Of a DNA stretch of 64,000 nt, positions 20,141-30,311 are shown piece after piece. Position 1 is the stretch's first letter; each line of letters opens with the position of its first letter. Below the pieces are notes generated by a model. The model saw nothing but the letters and a program-made list of their open reading frames with translations, ran no database searches and had not been told where the DNA came from. The position numbers were made by a program, and so were the translations under genes. The stretch lies in IMG/VR virus record IMGVR_UViG_3300018004_000004, positions 1 through 64,000 of that record; one strand, 5' to 3'.

Positions 20141-21476
20141 GGAGCACATTGATGTGCCCTTCCATGTCATTGGTACACCGGAGTGGATAGATGGATCTAT
20201 CGCTGAAGGAGCTGTTGCGGATTCGGCTATCACCAAGGTTCATTCTAAGAATGACCTATCTGCACCGCTTGCGTGGCTTACCAAACAACAAGAGCTTGGT
20301 ATCGACTCTGAGACTGGGGGAGAGAATAAACGCGACGGACTGGACCCCATATCTGAATCGTCCAAGATGCTTCTATTCCAGCTGGGTACTACCAAGATGG
20401 TTTACCTTATTGAACCAAAGCTGGTACCGGAGTTTAAGGGAATCCTGGAGGATCAAGACAGGCTCTTCCTAACTCAGAACGGAGTGTACGACTTTAAGTT
20501 CTGCCTGTCTAAGTATGGCGTGCACTTCATTAACTATCACTACGATGATAAAACCAAGGTATACATCCCCAGCCTGTACGATACGATGCTGGCGGAGCAA
20601 CTACTCACGGCGGGTTTATACGGAGTTCAGGTCGGTCTTGAAGAACTATCGGAGAAATACCCTCCACACTATCTTATCTCCAAAGCCGTCCGTCGCGAGT
20701 TTATTAACATGTCTGGCGTACTACAATACCGACACCTTTACTACGCCGCTCGTGACGTGTTCCTACTGTTTCCCATCAAGCAAGAGCAGATGAAGGAGAT
20801 CAAGAAGCACAAGGGGATGTGGGAGAGGATTCAAATAGAGTTCTGTGCTATGGCCGGCACGGCCGACGCAGAGCTGACAGGCTTTGACCTTGATGAACAA
20901 CGCATTGAGTCCACGCTGGATTACTGGCGCGCCAAGGCGAAGAACATCAGAGACAAAGCCATGAAGATTTATGATGATGCCCTCGACAAGGCAGGGAAGA
21001 AGCGTAACTTCCTCCTGCCTGATACGATGGAAGAGTTCGATATCAACTCCGCTACCAAGAAGTTGGCGGCTCTTCACAAGATGGGCTTTGATGTAAAGGA
21101 TACTAAGAGGGAGACGCTTCTTGCCTTAGAGACCGAGTTTGCTGATCTCTTGGGAGAGTACACTGAGTGTACCAAGATCATTTCAACTTATGGCGAAAGG
21201 ATGCTTGCTCGTAGGTCTACTACTGACGGTCGTCTGCACCCTGAGTTTAATCAGCTTGGGGCTGGCGATTTGGAAAAGCGTAAAGGCGGGGACAAAGCCA
21301 CGACTATTGCTACTGGAAGGTGGTCGTCGGACGCACAGCAGTTTCCCCGGCCGGATCACATCTTAGACCCTGTCGTTGGGGATGCGGCAGAGCATATCAA
21401 GCTTTTGTTCCCCGAGCAGTATCAGAAGGCTGTGGAGAAGTTCAATCAACCGGAGGTTGCCAGTGGCAAGAAATAG
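20091..21476 (+). CDS. polA: Family A DNA polymerase, N-terminal half (3'-5' exonuclease, thumb, start of palm)
   Basis: ExoI IDSET, ExoII QNGVYD, ExoIII YAARD, DGRLHPEFNQ, ATGRWSS. Confidence 0.88.
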   Translation: MGSKKPAFQTISSKQIEEHIDVPFHVIGTPEWIDGSIAEGAVADSAITKVHSKNDLSAPLAWLTKQQELGIDSETGGENKRDGLDPISESSKMLLFQLGTTKMVYLIEPKLVPEFKGILEDQDRLFLTQNGVYDFKFCLSKYGVHFINYHYDDKTKVYIPSLYDTMLAEQLLTAGLYGVQVGLEELSEKYPPHYLISKAVRREFINMSGVLQYRHLYYAARDVFLLFPIKQEQMKEIKKHKGMWERIQIEFCAMAGTADAELTGFDLDEQRIESTLDYWRAKAKNIRDKAMKIYDDALDKAGKKRNFLLPDTMEEFDINSATKKLAALHKMGFDVKDTKRETLLALETEFADLLGEYTECTKIISTYGERMLARRSTTDGRLHPEFNQLGAGDLEKRKGGDKATTIATGRWSSDAQQFPRPDHILDPVVGDAAEHIKLLFPEQYQKAVEKFNQPEVASGKK

Positions 21477-21918
21477 AGTTATCCGTACCACGAAGTACAA
21501 GCTGACGGAGATCAAGGAATCACATCCTGAGATCTATCAGGAAGCGACAGAGCTGTTCACCGAGTATGAGCGCTATCGCACCACACTCGTTGAAGAGTAT
21601 CGTAAGCTTCAAGAGGCTGTGGCAGATTTTGATATCTCCCGCGCCATGACAACCAAGTCTGCTGGTCGCTTCTTCCGCAAGGTCGGCGAAGCCATCGGCC
21701 TGGTTCGAGTGGAACCCCAATGGTGGGTGTATCGCGACAAGGAAGGCAACATCATTCTCGAGTCTGCGTTCACTGAACGTGACTATCGGAATGCTGCGCG
21801 CGCACAGAAGGCTGGTCTGTCTCGTGAAGTTCAGTCGGAAGACGGCGCCGAGCTCTTCGAACAAGATGAAACTGAAGATGGGAAGCACGAGGACGAAAGC
21901 ATCGGCTTCCAACCGTAA
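21463..21918 (+). CDS. Hypothetical protein inserted between the two polymerase halves
   Basis: GGAGG SD then GTG 21463; acidic tail; no nuclease motif seen. Confidence 0.7.
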   Translation: MARNRVIRTTKYKLTEIKESHPEIYQEATELFTEYERYRTTLVEEYRKLQEAVADFDISRAMTTKSAGRFFRKVGEAIGLVRVEPQWWVYRDKEGNIILESAFTERDYRNAARAQKAGLSREVQSEDGAELFEQDETEDGKHEDESIGFQP

Positions 21919-21927
21919 GGAGATGAC

Positions 21928-22914
21928 ATGGCCGGCGTAAAACCAGAGCTGTTAGGTATCAGCAACGGAAGGGAGTATTATCTCTGCCCGGCCGATAAGA
22001 AACATCCACAGCCATGGATAGCCTGGCGAGTCCCTGATATCCGAGAGGGTATCAGGGCTCGTGCGGGCTGGAAGATCCTAGGCGCGGACTACAGTCAGAT
22101 CGAAGTCCGTATCATGGCCTGGGAATCCCAGGATGAGTGGTTGCTGGAGGCTTTGAACTCGGGTAAAGACATCCATTGCTATATGGCATCGGACGTTCAT
22201 GGGGTACCCTACGACGACTTCTTCTATGCATACAAACATGAAGACCATCCCTTATACAATCTCTATTATGGCTGGCGGTCGGAGATTAAGACCACAACAT
22301 TCGGTGTGCCGTATGGCGCGGGCGCAAAGCAGGTGGCTCGACAGATTAATATGTCGAGAAAACCAGGAGACACCTCTCCACCTTACACCGAAGAACAAGC
22401 CGAGCAGCTGATCGAAGACTACTTCAAGAAGGCGAAGGGTCTAAAGATCTGGCTGGACAAACAAGGCAAGCATGGCCTTAAGTATGGCTGGTCCAAGTCT
22501 CTGGGCGGCCACTACAGGTTCTATCAGATTCCGTTCAAGGATCCCGAGGGTGGAAAGGAAGAGAAGGATCGTTACAATGAGATTATCAGTCAGATCAAAA
22601 GATACACAGGTAACCACCCCATTCAAGCGGCATGTGCTGACGCCCTTAAGATGGCTGTCAGTAAGATCTATCTCGATCTCCGCGGGGGTCAATCCTCTGG
22701 CCCACTCGTTCACGAAGCACATTTCCTCCTTTTTGTCCACGATGAACTCGTACTCACTTGTCCAGACAGCGAGGTCGATGCGGTCAACAAGATCATGGTG
22801 GACGGGATGCAGTGGGCATACAATCAGTTGATCCCGTCTGAGGGACAGACGAATCATGATCACATTATTCACAAGACGGACGTGACCGTTGCTGATTACT
22901 GGAAGAAAGGGTAA
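21928..22914 (+). CDS. polA: Family A DNA polymerase, C-terminal half (motifs A, B, C)
   Basis: ADYSQIEVR, RSEIKTTTFGVPYG, NHPIQ..AD..K, FVHDEL; own AAGGAG SD. Confidence 0.92.
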   Translation: MAGVKPELLGISNGREYYLCPADKKHPQPWIAWRVPDIREGIRARAGWKILGADYSQIEVRIMAWESQDEWLLEALNSGKDIHCYMASDVHGVPYDDFFYAYKHEDHPLYNLYYGWRSEIKTTTFGVPYGAGAKQVARQINMSRKPGDTSPPYTEEQAEQLIEDYFKKAKGLKIWLDKQGKHGLKYGWSKSLGGHYRFYQIPFKDPEGGKEEKDRYNEIISQIKRYTGNHPIQAACADALKMAVSKIYLDLRGGQSSGPLVHEAHFLLFVHDELVLTCPDSEVDAVNKIMVDGMQWAYNQLIPSEGQTNHDHIIHKTDVTVADYWKKG

Positions 22915-23128
22915 GCCTCCTAACTGGGCGTATTGGACGATCGTTAAGTTCTGCGCACAGCAGAGAAGGTATTGGAGATGGAAGCATGGTCTGTAGAAAC
23001 TGGAGTACCAATCCATTGGTGCGGGGACGAAGGTGGGTTATGAAAGCACCTATCTCACAGTTGTTCCCCGGTTTGTGGTTGTTACGTCAGGGATTCTTCG
23101 TGAGATGGTCCCTAAGGCAGCCACTCTA

Positions 23129-23482
23129 ATGCCAGGTAAACTACGAGCTGGTAAGGCTTTACTCGCACAACGCCTGGTCGATCAGCTTGGTTATTCCCAA
23201 CGGAAAGCAGCTAAGCTGGTCGATCAGGTCGTAGAGGTATGGAAGAAGGCCATCAAGGAAGGCCGAGATGTAGACGTCGAAGGACTGGGTACCTTGACGA
23301 TCGTTAAGAGGAAGAAAGGCCATCGCTTTATCAATGGGTTGGCCGGTCCTGCCAAGACGATCGTGGAAGCATACAAGTTCAACACAGTCCGGCTGAAGAC
23401 CGATGTGAAGTTTGAGGAGGTTGAGAATGCCCGGGATGAGCAAGAACCCGTTCGGGGGCCAGAAGAGCCTCAACAATCTTGA
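23129..23482 (+). CDS. HU/IHF-like DNA-binding protein
   Basis: KALLAQRL...SQRKAAKLVDQV...IKEGRDVDVEGLGTLTIVKRK. Confidence 0.8.
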   Translation: MPGKLRAGKALLAQRLVDQLGYSQRKAAKLVDQVVEVWKKAIKEGRDVDVEGLGTLTIVKRKKGHRFINGLAGPAKTIVEAYKFNTVRLKTDVKFEEVENARDEQEPVRGPEEPQQS

Positions 23483-24116
23483 CGACGATTTCATGGCATC
23501 GTTGTTCAAGGGAGAGTTAAATGTGGAACAAACTATCGCACTCAGAATCATCAAGATGTCCGTCAGGGACTACTTATATTTTGGACTGGGGCGCAACGGG
23601 GTTACGCCCGAAAAGTTCCTCGAAGTTTACTATTACTTGTACCGGGCCCGCGGGAACGATTCCTGGACTTGGGGCGACCTGCGTACTACCCAGCGGTATC
23701 GGGGTGTGGATGGTAAACTCGTCTCTACTACGCGCTCGCTATCACCTAAGGAAGTCCTATGGCGCTGCTTCGACACGCATTATAGTCTATGTGCCTTGCC
23801 TGACGCATTGCCCATGAAGAAGTTCTTGGATCAAATCAAGGCGAAGAGAGAGGCAATCCTACAAGCCAATGAGAAGCAGGTACTTACGTATATGGATAAA
23901 TACCGTGCACAGGAATGGAAACGGCTTAATCGGAGAAAAGGTAAGCATGCTTTCCCTCGGGTCAATCCTATTCCACTCCTTGTTGCTCCGGACGACGTCA
24001 AGGCGTTTGCGCAGCTCTATCTCTTCGGCCGAGCTCCTAAAAAGGAAGTGGTGGGCAAAATGCTTACGCGCGGAAAGCGAACGTACAAGTCTTTCCTGTT
24101 CACGGAGTTAGAATGA
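23427..24116 (+). CDS. Hypothetical protein
   Basis: GAGGAGG SD before ATG 23427. Confidence 0.7.
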   Translation: MPGMSKNPFGGQKSLNNLDDDFMASLFKGELNVEQTIALRIIKMSVRDYLYFGLGRNGVTPEKFLEVYYYLYRARGNDSWTWGDLRTTQRYRGVDGKLVSTTRSLSPKEVLWRCFDTHYSLCALPDALPMKKFLDQIKAKREAILQANEKQVLTYMDKYRAQEWKRLNRRKGKHAFPRVNPIPLLVAPDDVKAFAQLYLFGRAPKKEVVGKMLTRGKRTYKSFLFTELE

Positions 24117-24294
24117 ACTATGTGAAATGGGGTTGGGTCGTTGGTGGGATCATCATTGCATCCATCATCGATCTCGTCTACATGTTCTGGTCTCGTTCAA
24201 GCCCGGGACATAACTTCCATAGGGCCGGCTGGCAAGCTGGAACCCTAGGGAAGGGTCGGTATGATATCATGAAACTAGGGAAGGTTCTGCACCG

Positions 24295-27200
24295 ATGAAG
24301 AAAATCGAGTACGTAAATGCACTTGATTTCGATCTCGATGAGGTAGAAGTGGAACAGAATGATCAACAGTCCTCACCCGTACAGCCTTATGTTCCGCCCG
24401 CTCCGGTGGTTAAGAAAGCGAAGGTTCATAAAGCAGTGGTGCCCCTCGGAGTATCTGATCATCCATCCGTTACTCTTCACAAGGGTGGCGGCAAGATCGT
24501 CATTACACCGAACGACGTCCATGCCGCAGTTGCCCTTATCGAAATCAGAGAACGAATCGCCCAGCTTGCTAACCCGGTTCTTACGGCTACTCGGGAGAAG
24601 CTAGAGATTCAGTTGCTGCCGGATGTCCAGCCTATGGACTTTGCTCGGGCCACCAGGGCCTGGAGCTTGGTCAATGTGAAGCTGGACGAACATCCGATGG
24701 TAAGACTGCTCGCGCGCTATCACCTGGACGTGACAATCTCTCCATCGTTGGGTAACTGGGTCAAGAAGGAAGAGAAGCGCCTGGCTAAGGAGCTGACTCC
24801 TTTCCTGCTGCCCGACTTCAAGGATGAACGGTCTCTATTCGAGAAGGTAGAGGCTGGTATGGTCCTTGAATGTACCAAGAACTTTGACTTTGATAACCAA
24901 AGGATCTTTACCAAGGGCCAGCGGTATCAGGTGGTTGACACAGCCCGTGGCGGACAAGGTGGAGGCAACGCCGAGGACGCGAAGGAACACCAAGACGGCA
25001 TGGTGAAGATCAGCAAGGTGGCTATTGCACCCGGCTGTAAGATTATCATGGCAGATGACACCGTCTTCCCGTGGACAGTGTTCAACGGCGATTTGGAGAA
25101 CAACTTCCACTATGAAGAGAAAGTCATCTATGAACCTTCTAAGTGTGTACCCGCCAAGTATCCCGGCCTCTTGGCTATGTACCAAAAGCGACTGGATGCG
25201 ATGGGTCTCGAGCTGTACGACCACGTCAAAGTCGACGCTGTACAAGAAGCTCTTAAGCGTGGCACCCTCAATGGTAAACTCATGCGCATGGGAAAGACGT
25301 CGGAGTCTATCGTCTGTGCCATGTTTTGGGGCAGTAAGCGTGTGGCTATTGTTGCGCCACGCAATGCTCGCCTATTCACGGTCAAGGAGTTCGAGAGGCT
25401 CGGGCTCAAGAACTACGTCATTGTTGACAGCATGGAGGACCTCAAGAAACCTGGAACGTTCTATCTCCTGACTTACAGCTGGATGAAGAAGACGTTCGAT
25501 CCTCATCGTGTCTTCCGGCGCAAGGGCCAAAGCTATTTGCACCGGACATACACGGAGAACAAGAAAGAGATCATCGTCGAGCACAAGTGTCCGTTCTGTA
25601 AGCGCTCGCTTGAACGCCTCGAGATTAAGAAGAACAAGACTGAAGGTGGGTTCCTAGTCGAGAAGACTGTTGGCTGGACCAAGGAACGCGGCTATATTTG
25701 CAGGAATCAACTTTGCGACTGCAAGGCCAAGTTCGCTTCTCGTACGGGCGCCCCGATTAATGGTGCAGCCTGGGGATATACGATCGACTCGACGACTCGC
25801 AAGATCAAGAGAGCGAAGCCGATAAAGCTCGGTGGTAAGACTGTTAACATCACATCTTTCACCGGCGCTAAGGTCGATCAGATCGTCCAGAAGAAAGGCA
25901 AGGTCAAGAACGACGAAGGAAAGATGGTTGACGGTCTCATCGAAGAGACCATAACCTTCCAGGATAACTACGTTGGTTGGATTGACTGGGGCCTGAAGTT
26001 CCACAAGGACTGCAAGGACAAGAATACCAAGGGCCGGTATTGCCACGAATGCCACCAAGCAGACGCGGTCTGGATTCCGGCGCCCTACAAGCAGAGAATA
26101 ACTACTGACCGTGGGAAGAAGGTCCATCTCAAGGACTACTTCACCGGAGCAATCATCGATGAGATACATACAATCAAATCATTGGACTCTGACACGGGGA
26201 AAGCAATACGCTCTATACGGGCCAAGCGCCGCATGGGCCTTACTGGGACCCTTATGCCCAATACTCCTGCGGACGCGTTTTGGCCGCTTCATTGGGTGTT
26301 TAAGGGAGGATCAGCGGCATTCCCGTACCATCAGAAAGATGGAGCCACAGAGTTCTACGATCGCTTCTGCGAATACATCAACATCAAGCGTGGGCACGGG
26401 CTGAAAGATAGTCGTAAGATGTTACCCTACTTGAAGAATCCAGTTGCCTTCTGGGAGCTGATGTCTTCAAAGATGGTCCGGAGGAACTACGAAGATGAAC
26501 TCGTTAAAGCCTCTCTCGCAAAGGCCAATCGATACTACCCGAATGTTGAGTTTCATCGCGTGGAATCGGTTATGGATCCAAAGCAAGCGCAGCTCATGGT
26601 GGCTGCAATCAACCACTTCGAGTCGAACTTTAATCAGTACTCTGCTCAGGTACAACAGGCTGGGCATCTCCTCAACCAGGCAATGGTTGTCTCGCAAATG
26701 GTCTACCTCCGAATCGGAGCGACCTGCCCCGAGTACTTCAACGTTAAGCTGAAGAAGGTTGGGAAGGCAGCAGTATATGATGGACCCCTGGGTGGCGGCA
26801 AGATGGCTGATATTCAGAACATCTGTGCCACCAAGGTCGCGGCCAATGAAAAGGTCGTGGTCCTCACTGACTTTGTGGAGATGAGAAAATCACTGGCGAA
26901 GATGCTGTCGGAACATAATCCGATCGTCTTCGATGGTACATGGGATGACGATGAGAGAAACGAGAACTTCGAGGCTTTCCTTGAAGACCCTACTCGGAAA
27001 ATATTCATTGCAGGAACACGTCAGATTCGGGAAGGGACTAACCTGTCTGCCGCCAACACAGTTATTTGTTGCGATCTTTTGTGGGAGCCAGGCCTACAGC
27101 AACAGGCATGGTCTCGTGCGTTTACTCCTACCTCTGAGAATCGTACGTGCAATGTCTACGTCTTGATGGCGAAGAATAGCATCGACGAACATGTCTACAA

Positions 27201-27408
27201 CACTTTTTATGCTAAAGTGGCGGCTGCTGAACAAGCACTTGATCGTAAGGTCATTAACCGTCGCGCTCACCAGATCGATTTGCGTTGGTTCGTTGACCGG
27301 GTGCTTAGCGATCGCGAAGGGCTACTCTCTTACCTTAAGGAAGAAGGAGAGAAAGGCATCTTCGTAACTGAGAAGACCTTCCAGATGATCGAGGATCGAG
27401 ATGTCTAA
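24295..27408 (+). CDS. SNF2-like SF2 helicase/translocase with Cys-rich insert; ends in tag IEDRDV
   Basis: MRMGKT, IIDEIH, LTGTLMPN, EKVVVLT, EGTNLSAANTVI, WEPG..QQAWSR. Confidence 0.85.
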   Translation: MKKIEYVNALDFDLDEVEVEQNDQQSSPVQPYVPPAPVVKKAKVHKAVVPLGVSDHPSVTLHKGGGKIVITPNDVHAAVALIEIRERIAQLANPVLTATREKLEIQLLPDVQPMDFARATRAWSLVNVKLDEHPMVRLLARYHLDVTISPSLGNWVKKEEKRLAKELTPFLLPDFKDERSLFEKVEAGMVLECTKNFDFDNQRIFTKGQRYQVVDTARGGQGGGNAEDAKEHQDGMVKISKVAIAPGCKIIMADDTVFPWTVFNGDLENNFHYEEKVIYEPSKCVPAKYPGLLAMYQKRLDAMGLELYDHVKVDAVQEALKRGTLNGKLMRMGKTSESIVCAMFWGSKRVAIVAPRNARLFTVKEFERLGLKNYVIVDSMEDLKKPGTFYLLTYSWMKKTFDPHRVFRRKGQSYLHRTYTENKKEIIVEHKCPFCKRSLERLEIKKNKTEGGFLVEKTVGWTKERGYICRNQLCDCKAKFASRTGAPINGAAWGYTIDSTTRKIKRAKPIKLGGKTVNITSFTGAKVDQIVQKKGKVKNDEGKMVDGLIEETITFQDNYVGWIDWGLKFHKDCKDKNTKGRYCHECHQADAVWIPAPYKQRITTDRGKKVHLKDYFTGAIIDEIHTIKSLDSDTGKAIRSIRAKRRMGLTGTLMPNTPADAFWPLHWVFKGGSAAFPYHQKDGATEFYDRFCEYINIKRGHGLKDSRKMLPYLKNPVAFWELMSSKMVRRNYEDELVKASLAKANRYYPNVEFHRVESVMDPKQAQLMVAAINHFESNFNQYSAQVQQAGHLLNQAMVVSQMVYLRIGATCPEYFNVKLKKVGKAAVYDGPLGGGKMADIQNICATKVAANEKVVVLTDFVEMRKSLAKMLSEHNPIVFDGTWDDDERNENFEAFLEDPTRKIFIAGTRQIREGTNLSAANTVICCDLLWEPGLQQQAWSRAFTPTSENRTCNVYVLMAKNSIDEHVYNTFYAKVAAAEQALDRKVINRRAHQIDLRWFVDRVLSDREGLLSYLKEEGEKGIFVTEKTFQMIEDRDV

Positions 27409-27914
27409 CTACGTTTGGATTGTTGAACATAGAGAGTGGCAGCCATGTCATTGCATGGATTGCACTACCATCTACATTGGCTCCACTCTCCAGATAGCTG
27501 AGCATCTAATGAGGTTCAGCCCGGGATTGGATGACAAGAACTGCTGGTATGCTATTTACCCGGAGGTTGTTGATCATCCTAACTTCGGAGATGTGCCCTA
27601 TCCTCCAGAGGTAATGGAAGAGAATGGCCGTATGGTGCTCAACTTCTATGATGAGCACTACAATCAGATTGAAAACCAACCGGAGGATCCATATCCGTAT
27701 GTCGACGACACCACAAGCAATAACGAAGGAGCAGTTCCTGGAGCAGCTGGCGGAGAAGGCAGCCCAGAAAGTATTAGACGGGCTGGACGACACGTCCAGG
27801 AGACTGTTGCTGCCGGCGTGGACACGAATCATCAGGGAGGAAATGAAACCAATCCTCCAGCTGATCAAGTAAGTCCCCTCATGCAATGGTTCAAGCCCAT
27901 CTGGAGAGACTTCT

Positions 27915-28391
27915 GTGGGCAATCATGAGGGGTATGTGGTTCTGATCAAGAAGCCTGGTGATCCTCTGTTGTATGGGCCGGTAGAATATTCGTTCAGTCT
28001 AGGTGTCCTGCCGAATGAGACGCAGTTGTTGTATGGGCCGGTAGAATATTCGTTCAGTCTAGGTGTCCTGCCGAATGAGACGCAGTATTGGTGGGGCGCC
28101 CTGAACTATTGGGGCCCAGGCAAGCACATAGATGGGCTGAAGAGGGCCCAGGATAGCTTGGACTACTGGAAGAAGGGTCATCCTGACTGGGAGTTCAAGA
28201 TCTGGGACCTGAAAGATCCCATGTTGCCTATCATCATTGATTGGGCATTGTATGAGGATGCCGGGCAACCAGCACAAACGATTAGTGGGGTGAAGGATAA
28301 ATACCATCGTAGAAATCTATCCTTTGCCATGAAGACTGGCCATGATTTTGCTGCCAGCGTCGCGGAGGCTACACGTGATCAAGCCAAGTAA
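27915..28391 (+). CDS. Hypothetical protein with exact 20-aa tandem duplication
   Basis: LLYGPVEYSFSLGVLPNETQ x2. Confidence 0.65.
   Translation: MGNHEGYVVLIKKPGDPLLYGPVEYSFSLGVLPNETQLLYGPVEYSFSLGVLPNETQYWWGALNYWGPGKHIDGLKRAQDSLDYWKKGHPDWEFKIWDLKDPMLPIIIDWALYEDAGQPAQTISGVKDKYHRRNLSFAMKTGHDFAASVAEATRDQAK
27967..28086. repeat. Perfect 60-bp tandem duplication (2 copies)
   Basis: 27967-28026 identical to 28027-28086. Confidence 0.95.
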
Positions 28392-29023
28392 GGATGGTAC
28401 CAAGCTCTGGTTCCTCCCTTATGAGGGGAGCCATGAGCAAGAGATAGAGTTCCCTCTTGTCTATGCACATACCTGTCCCAAGTGTGGTAACCTGGTACAG
28501 GCCTTGTTCCTGACTGATAAGCGGGTCGATCCCAAGCCTTGGGAAGAGATCCTGACTCACCAGCTGGAGAAGGATGGGAAGTACAAGAGGATTATACCTG
28601 GTCGGTCCGACAGGTTCCGTAGCCGTTACACGATCCAGACCATTGGACGAGGGTCCTCCGTCAACGCCGAGCTGATACGCTTCGGCGAACACTTTGAGCG
28701 GAGGGAGGACGTCATCAACGGTAACATCTGTAACTTCATGGCGATAAGCTCGACTATCCCCGAGTACCGGGTGTATGACATGCTTTTGGCTTTGGGCAAG
28801 AATCCTATACAATATGCTATAAAGGATGAGCACTACGAGGGCATCAAGAATAGCCTATTGAATAAGTATGCAGGTAAGGATCAATACGCTTTCGAGCCGG
28901 CCGTCGGCAATGGCCCGGAGTTAGTGCTGATTTCGCGAACCGCATATGGATGGTTCATGGACGAAGCATGCATCAAGTATTACAAGCCGTATCAACCCCC
29001 TGTGAAACCTTAAGGAGACACAC

Positions 29024-29446
29024 GTGAGTGCATATAACGAGATCGAAACACAGTTCTCGGATCAAGACTGTCTAGTTGAAGCCCTGAAGGAGATGGGCTA
29101 TCAACCGCAGGTCAGTGAGAAGCCCCAGAATCTGGAAGGCTATCACGGCGACAAGCGCGAACAGAAGGCCGAGATCATCATTCCGCGGCGCCAGGTTGGC
29201 GGAGCGAGCAATGACGTCGGGTTCAAGAAGAATGCCGATGGGACGTTCACTGCTATTATCAGCGACTATGATAAGAGCACGAACTTCAATCTGAAGAAAC
29301 AGAAAGAACTCAAGGCGAAGTACGCCGAGAAAGTTGCCATGAAGCAGGCCAAGAGAAATGGTCTGAAGTTCATTGGCAAGAAACAGGTCACGGACCAGAA
29401 GACTGGCAAGCCTGTACAGCGCCTACAGTTCGTGACGACCCGATGA
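29024..29446 (+). CDS. DUF1257 (Ycf35-like) protein
   Basis: MSAY..IETQFSD.DCLVEALKEMGY, AEIII, NDVGF.KN.DGTF..IISDYD, YA. Confidence 0.8.
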   Translation: MSAYNEIETQFSDQDCLVEALKEMGYQPQVSEKPQNLEGYHGDKREQKAEIIIPRRQVGGASNDVGFKKNADGTFTAIISDYDKSTNFNLKKQKELKAKYAEKVAMKQAKRNGLKFIGKKQVTDQKTGKPVQRLQFVTTR

Positions 29447-29943
29447 GTAACGGACGCTCGAGACCAAAGGTCTATCTTGCCGGCCCTATCTCCGGGCTGA
29501 CTTATGACCAAGGTCAAGACTGGAGAGTGAAGGTAGCTGAATCGTTGGACCAGCTAGGCATAGATGGTTATTCGCCTCTGCGCGCGAAGAGCTACCTCAA
29601 GAACTTCGGTACGTTGGAACAATCCTACCAGCTGAAAGACCAGCCTGTGGCTTGTCTTTCCTCTGACCGCGGGCTTATGACTCGCGATCGTTGGGATGTT
29701 ACCACGTGCGATGCTATTCTCGTCAATCTTGTTGGTGCCACCCGCATTAGCGTAGGCACCATGATAGAAGTAGGTATGGCTGACATTCTGCGTAAGCCTC
29801 TCGTCCTTGTAATGGAGGAAGGCAATCCGCATGATCATCCAATGCTTCGGGAAGCCACTGGCTTCCGAGTGCCTGATCTGGGAACAGCAGTGGAAGTCCT
29901 GGACAGAATCCTGAATCCAAATATCGGAGGGAATCGTGGCTAA
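29443..29943 (+). CDS. Nucleoside 2-deoxyribosyltransferase-like protein
   Basis: KVYLAGPI, RD..DV..CDAILVNL, SVGTMIEVGMA. Confidence 0.82.
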   Translation: MSNGRSRPKVYLAGPISGLTYDQGQDWRVKVAESLDQLGIDGYSPLRAKSYLKNFGTLEQSYQLKDQPVACLSSDRGLMTRDRWDVTTCDAILVNLVGATRISVGTMIEVGMADILRKPLVLVMEEGNPHDHPMLREATGFRVPDLGTAVEVLDRILNPNIGGNRG

Positions 29944-30124
29944 GACAGTCAACGTTGACATCGATGAAGAGGGAAATGTTTCCGTCGACATCATCGGAGC
30001 TATTGATGGGACCTGTAAGCACGTTGCTGATGCTTTCAAGAAGATCGGCAAGGTGACCAAGGACGTCAAGAAGCCCGAGTATTACAAGCAGCCGAACCAA
30101 AACGTGATTAAGACCGGTCGATAA
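29936..30124 (+). CDS. DUF2997 family protein
   Basis: V.IDEEGNVSVDIIG..DGTC......F..IG.V....KKPEYY. Confidence 0.78.
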   Translation: MAKTVNVDIDEEGNVSVDIIGAIDGTCKHVADAFKKIGKVTKDVKKPEYYKQPNQNVIKTGR

Positions 30125-30311
30125 CTCCGGCCGGCGGGAGGAGCGATGGGGCTAGTGAGCTTGCTTCAAGGTAACACTGTTTACACCCGTCAGGGTACCG
30201 GTAAGGAAGAACTCGATCGCCTTATCGATATGCTTGATGAGCAAGAGATCGAGATTGCGATTGATTATCTGAGCAATCTTTTGCTGTCCCGAGCTCCTAA
30301 GATCCGGAACC

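Noticed and set aside
21474-21530. Stop-codon reassignment (TAG readthrough) joining the polymerase halves
   Set aside because: An in-frame TGA follows 17 codons later; conserved genes are intact under code 11 and all three stops end real genes.
25480-26140. Intein in the SNF2 helicase insert
   Set aside because: No C/S block A start, no HN-C/S/T end and no LAGLIDADG motifs.
27967-28086. CRISPR array
   Set aside because: Two abutting copies without spacers, in frame within a CDS.
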